This document shows, piece by piece, positions 60,625 to 64,000 of a stretch of DNA of 64,000 nt (the stretch's first letter is position 1; every line of letters starts with the position of its first letter). Origin of the DNA: an uncultured Chthonomonadaceae bacterium (GTDB lineage: Bacteria; Armatimonadota; Chthonomonadetes; Chthonomonadales; Chthonomonadaceae); assembly GCA_963817895.1 (NCBI GenBank), contig CAWFQB010000003.1:256001-320000 (forward strand), read 5' to 3'. The notes under the pieces are model-generated. The model was not told where the DNA came from. It made no database searches and was given only the letters and a program-made list of their open reading frames with translations. A program made the position numbers and the translations under genes.

Positions 60625-61287
60625 ATGGGGAAGCGGATGACGATGCTGGAAGAGTTTCGGGAGCCGGATTTGCCGCGCGATTTGCCGCCGCGAGAAATGA
60701 ATCCTTACGAGGCGGAAGAGAACCTGCGCGTGATTCGCGAGTTGATGGAGCGATCCACCAAATATTCGACGTTTTCCGGGCTGTCCGGTATTCTGGCGGG
60801 CGCGGCTTCGATTGTCGGATGTGTGGTCACGCATAGTCTTGCCAATCGCCCGCCCGAATCCGATGCGTTCCGCGTTCCCTTTCTGATGACATGGTCGCTG
60901 GTAATACTGTTCGCTATTGGGGCCGACTTTCTGCTGATGAAGCGGCGGGCGGCGCGGGTCGGCAAGCGCATCGTGTCGCGGCTTGGCAAGCAGATGGTGT
61001 TCGCGGCGGGGCCGGGACTTGGCACCGGCGTCCTCCTCACGCTGTATCTGCTTCAGCACAACATGCTAACCAACGTATATCCGTTCTGGATGCTGAGTTA
61101 CGGCATTGCCGTGTGCGCGGTCGGGCAGTTTTCGCAACGGGAAGTGAAGGCGTTGGGCGTGGCGTTTCTGCTGGCGGGTACGCTCACGCTGCTGATGCCG
61201 GGTTGGGGCTTGCCCCTTATGGCTCTTTCATTCGGTGGCTTCCATATCGTCTACGCGCTGCTGATTTCGCGCAAGGACGGCTGGTAA
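60625..61287 (+). CDS. Conserved hypothetical multi-TM membrane protein
   Basis: LRVIRELMERST..S.LSG N-terminus, about 6 TMs, FGGFHIVY. Confidence 0.8.
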   Translation: MGKRMTMLEEFREPDLPRDLPPREMNPYEAEENLRVIRELMERSTKYSTFSGLSGILAGAASIVGCVVTHSLANRPPESDAFRVPFLMTWSLVILFAIGADFLLMKRRAARVGKRIVSRLGKQMVFAAGPGLGTGVLLTLYLLQHNMLTNVYPFWMLSYGIAVCAVGQFSQREVKALGVAFLLAGTLTLLMPGWGLPLMALSFGGFHIVYALLISRKDGW

Positions 61288-61308
61288 AGGGCAGGAGGCT
61301 GTAAATCC

Positions 61309-61704
61309 ATGACTGATACCATAACATCTTCGCCGCAACACTCCTCCCATGCCGCCGCTCTGGAAGCGATTGACACGCTCGACGATACGCTCAACCAGAA
61401 AGCGCGGATGAAAATCATGACCACGCTGCTGGCATTGGGCGAGGCGGATTTCAAGCTGCTGAAGGAAGAACTCGCGCTTTCGGACGGCAATCTCAGCACA
61501 CATCTGGCGCTGCTGGAAGAGCGCGGGTACGTGGAAGCGCGCAAGGAGTTCGTGCGCCGCAAACCCCACTCCTCGTATAAGCCAACCGACGCCGGACGCG
61601 CGGCGTTTCAGCGTTACATTGACGCCTTAATGCGTATCGTGCGGGCGGCAGGCACAGTTGATACCGCCATAGAAACCACCACAGCAAAGGAAATCGCCGG
61701 ATGA
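61309..61704 (+). CDS. Winged-helix transcriptional regulator (HTH_34, ArsR/MarR-like)
   Basis: RMKIM..L, DFKLLKE.L.LSDGNLSTHL..LEE.GYV, T..GR.AF..Y. Confidence 0.9.
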   Translation: MTDTITSSPQHSSHAAALEAIDTLDDTLNQKARMKIMTTLLALGEADFKLLKEELALSDGNLSTHLALLEERGYVEARKEFVRRKPHSSYKPTDAGRAAFQRYIDALMRIVRAAGTVDTAIETTTAKEIAG

Positions 61705-61958
61705 ATCAACGCTATATGCTCCTGCAATCCTGGGAACGCGCAGCCTTAAACCGCTATGCGCGGCAGAGCGGTCTTCGTCTGCCCTCGGAGGGCGCGTTCT
61801 GGCACACATTTGGTATATTACTGCGTGACGCCCAAAGTGGCGACAATTTCGCGCCTTCACATTTTTCTAATCCAATCACGCGCCGCCAAACCTGCATCAT
61901 TACTCTTTCTCCGCCTGCAAAAATCGAAAACCGTCTGCACAGCCTGTTCGCCGAATGA
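61701..61958 (+). CDS. Small hypothetical protein
   Basis: ATGA overlap with the regulator stop only; no recognisable motif. Confidence 0.3.
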   Translation: MNQRYMLLQSWERAALNRYARQSGLRLPSEGAFWHTFGILLRDAQSGDNFAPSHFSNPITRRQTCIITLSPPAKIENRLHSLFAE

Positions 61959-62016
61959 ACCCTCCCCCAAATTTCGCGTACTCTAACGTATCTCTGTCGG
62001 TATAGATGTGTGGGCG

Positions 62017-62052
62017 TTATTCGCGTCCATTCGCGTGAATTCGCGGCTGAAA
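62017..62052. repeat. Decamer tandem array (ATTCGCGTNN)x3
   Basis: TTATTCGCGTCCATTCGCGTGAATTCGCGGCTGAAA; inverted partner at 63631-63665. Confidence 0.75.
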
Positions 62053-62076
62053 ACCGTGTGCAGGAGGGGAGTAACC

Positions 62077-62742
62077 ATGGTCGAGGATACGAATTCGGCG
62101 GCGACTGGCAGCCTGCCCCGCTTGAACGAACCCGCGCCGGACTTCACGGCGGAAACCACGCATGGCCCGCTTTCCCTTGCCAGTCTGCGGGGCAGGTGGG
62201 TCGTGTTGTTTTCACACCCCGCCGATTTTACGCCCGTCTGCGCCACCGAACTGGTAGATTTCGCCCGCCGTTACGACGAGTTTCAGCAGCTAAACACGCA
62301 GCTTGTCGGCCTAAGTATTGACAGCATTTATGCCCACATCGCCTGGGTACGCAACATGGAACAGAATTTCGGCGTTAAAATCGCGTTCCCGATTATTGCC
62401 GATATAGATACCCGCGTAGCGCAGTTATACGGCATGATCCATTCCGGCGCGAGCAGCACGGCGACCGTGCGCTGCGTGTTCGTGATTGACGACAAGGGCC
62501 TGACCCGCGCCATGATCTATTACCCCCTTACCATAGGCCGTAATGTGGAAGAAATCCTGCGTCTGCTCAAAGCGCTTCAAATAACGGACGCAAACGGCGT
62601 ATCCACTCCTGCCAACTGGCAGTCCGGCGACCCCGTCATCGTCCCCGCCCCCAAAACCCTCGACGGCGCGGACAAGCGCATGGCGAACACAGAACCCGGC
62701 GTAACTGCGCAGGATTGGTATTTCGCGCAAAAGTTGCTATAA
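62077..62742 (+). CDS. Peroxiredoxin (Prx6/1-Cys type)
   Basis: FSHPADFTPVCATE, GLSIDS, YYP..GRN..EILR, TPANW. Confidence 0.93.
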   Translation: MVEDTNSAATGSLPRLNEPAPDFTAETTHGPLSLASLRGRWVVLFSHPADFTPVCATELVDFARRYDEFQQLNTQLVGLSIDSIYAHIAWVRNMEQNFGVKIAFPIIADIDTRVAQLYGMIHSGASSTATVRCVFVIDDKGLTRAMIYYPLTIGRNVEEILRLLKALQITDANGVSTPANWQSGDPVIVPAPKTLDGADKRMANTEPGVTAQDWYFAQKLL

Positions 62743-62841
62743 TCACCTGTGGAAACTATTTGTGGGAAAGGGCAGCCGGACACGATGCAGGATGCGGGAA
62801 ACGAGGGAACACAGGAACGACAGGCGCAGCGCGCGAATGGA

Positions 62842-63606
62842 ATGTTTGCCGAGGAGCGGCAGCAGGCCATTCTGGAGCAGTTGCGGCAGCAGGGGAAAGT
62901 CACGGTCGAGGAATTGACCATGACTTTTCGCGTGTCGTCGCCAACCATACGCACCGACCTGACCCGATTGGAAGAGCAGGGACTGTTGCGGCGGACGCAC
63001 GGCGGCGCGATTGCCGTCGGCACGACCCTGTACGAGCCGTCGTATGCCGAGCGTTCGGTACAGCGTCAGGCGGAAAAACGCGCCATTGCGCAAATGGCGG
63101 CAGGATTGGTGCAGGAGGGCGAAACGCTCATGCTGGACGCGGGTACGACCACGTATGAGATCGCCCGCCTGCTCAAAGAGTTTCGGCGTTTGACGGTTGT
63201 GACCAATTCCCTCGTATCGGCGCAAATTCTGGCGGAAAACGACGCGCTGGAAACCATTCTGATCGGCGGCGTGGTGCAGGCGCGGCGGTGCGCGGCACTG
63301 GGGCCACTGGCCGCCCGTTTTCTCGATCCCATTCAATGTGACCGGGCGTTTGTGGGCATGAGCGGCGTCCATCCCACTGCGGGTTTTACGGTCACAGACT
63401 TCGACCTCGCCCTCATCAAGCGCAAAATGCTGGAAAAAGCGCGGCAGGCGGTTGTCGTAGCGGACAGCAGCAAGATCGGGCAGACCGCGTTCGCCTGCGT
63501 TGCGGGACTGGACATTGCGGAACTGCTGATTACGGACAGCGGGCTTGGCGCGGAAGACCGTTGCGCATTGGAAGAAACCGGCCTGCGCGTCCTCACGGCG
63601 GGATAG
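62842..63606 (+). CDS. DeoR/GlpR family transcriptional regulator (start may be 62785)
   Basis: MFAEERQQAI, VSSPTIRTDL, RTHGGA, EKRAIA, LDAGTT, ADSSK. Confidence 0.93.
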   Translation: MFAEERQQAILEQLRQQGKVTVEELTMTFRVSSPTIRTDLTRLEEQGLLRRTHGGAIAVGTTLYEPSYAERSVQRQAEKRAIAQMAAGLVQEGETLMLDAGTTTYEIARLLKEFRRLTVVTNSLVSAQILAENDALETILIGGVVQARRCAALGPLAARFLDPIQCDRAFVGMSGVHPTAGFTVTDFDLALIKRKMLEKARQAVVVADSSKIGQTAFACVAGLDIAELLITDSGLGAEDRCALEETGLRVLTAG

Positions 63607-63630
63607 CCACTATCCCATACAAAGAGGGAA

Positions 63631-63665
63631 TTTAGCCGCGAATGAACGCGAATACACGCGGATGG
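63631..63665. repeat. Decamer tandem array, inverted relative to 62017-62052
   Basis: TTTAGCCGCGAATGAACGCGAATACACGCGGATGG. Confidence 0.75.
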
Positions 63666-63896
63666 CAAGCCGGTCATCAAAAGCATAATATTTTTCAAGA
63701 GAACTCGCTGTGTCTCTGTTTTGACACCGATTTGGACTATAATTACGTAAGGTGAAGTGGGAAACCTATTTTGCCGGATGGCCGCTGACGAAGATGTTGG
63801 CGGGAAGCGAGTTTTAATGGAGTGTTTACATCACGCGCCCGCTTGAACTCCCATCGAAAAACATACGACGGAACGCCCTGATTCGAGGAGGAATCA

Positions 63897-64000
63897 ATGA
63901 CAACCGCAATTGCTGAACCTTTCACGCCTATGCCCCTGGACGACCTTACCCTTCTGCCCAAAGCTCCGCTTGCCCTGGACACCAAAGAGTCTCTTAACCC
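63897..64000 (+). CDS. Start of a CDS truncated by the window end
   Basis: RBS GAGGAGG, ATG at 63897, frame open to the end (MTTAIAEPFTPM...). Confidence 0.55.
   Translation, partial: MTTAIAEPFTPMPLDDLTLLPKAPLALDTKESLN

Overview
This is a GC-rich bacterial window. The VPEP(G/S)xxALL(M/L)xMG PEP-CTERM tails and the DUF1549/DUF1501 pair suggest Armatimonadota or a similar lineage (inference). (1) 1-25.2 kb: a PEP-CTERM/exosortase-linked surface polysaccharide locus. It holds two PEP-CTERM proteins, an exosortase, EpsI, a PPIase, Wzc, Wza, two ligase/polymerase-like membrane proteins, eight glycosyltransferases, two methyltransferases and an acyltransferase. (2) 25.4-32 kb: mixed genes, including an ECF sigma / anti-sigma / degenerate PilT operon, a transglutaminase-like protein and a probably inactive nuclease-fold protein. 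(3) 32-35.2 kb: an AT-rich islet with a frameshift-hidden stand-alone EAL protein and a 2TM-GAF protein. (4) queC, then a nuo (complex I) operon that lacks nuoB and nuoI. The operon has two Rex/CRP-like palindromes and is interrupted by two HEPN-type gene pairs, an ADP-ribosylglycohydrolase and a series of inverted tandem-repeat hairpins at gene junctions. (5) 55.7-64 kb: the DUF1549/1553 + DUF1501 pair, a wHTH regulator operon, a peroxiredoxin and a DeoR regulator. Many conserved genes contain frameshifts, most likely sequencing or assembly indels, so coordinates of those genes are approximate. I found no rRNA, tRNA, CRISPR array, integrase or transposase. All protein family calls come from motif recognition by eye; no searches were run.
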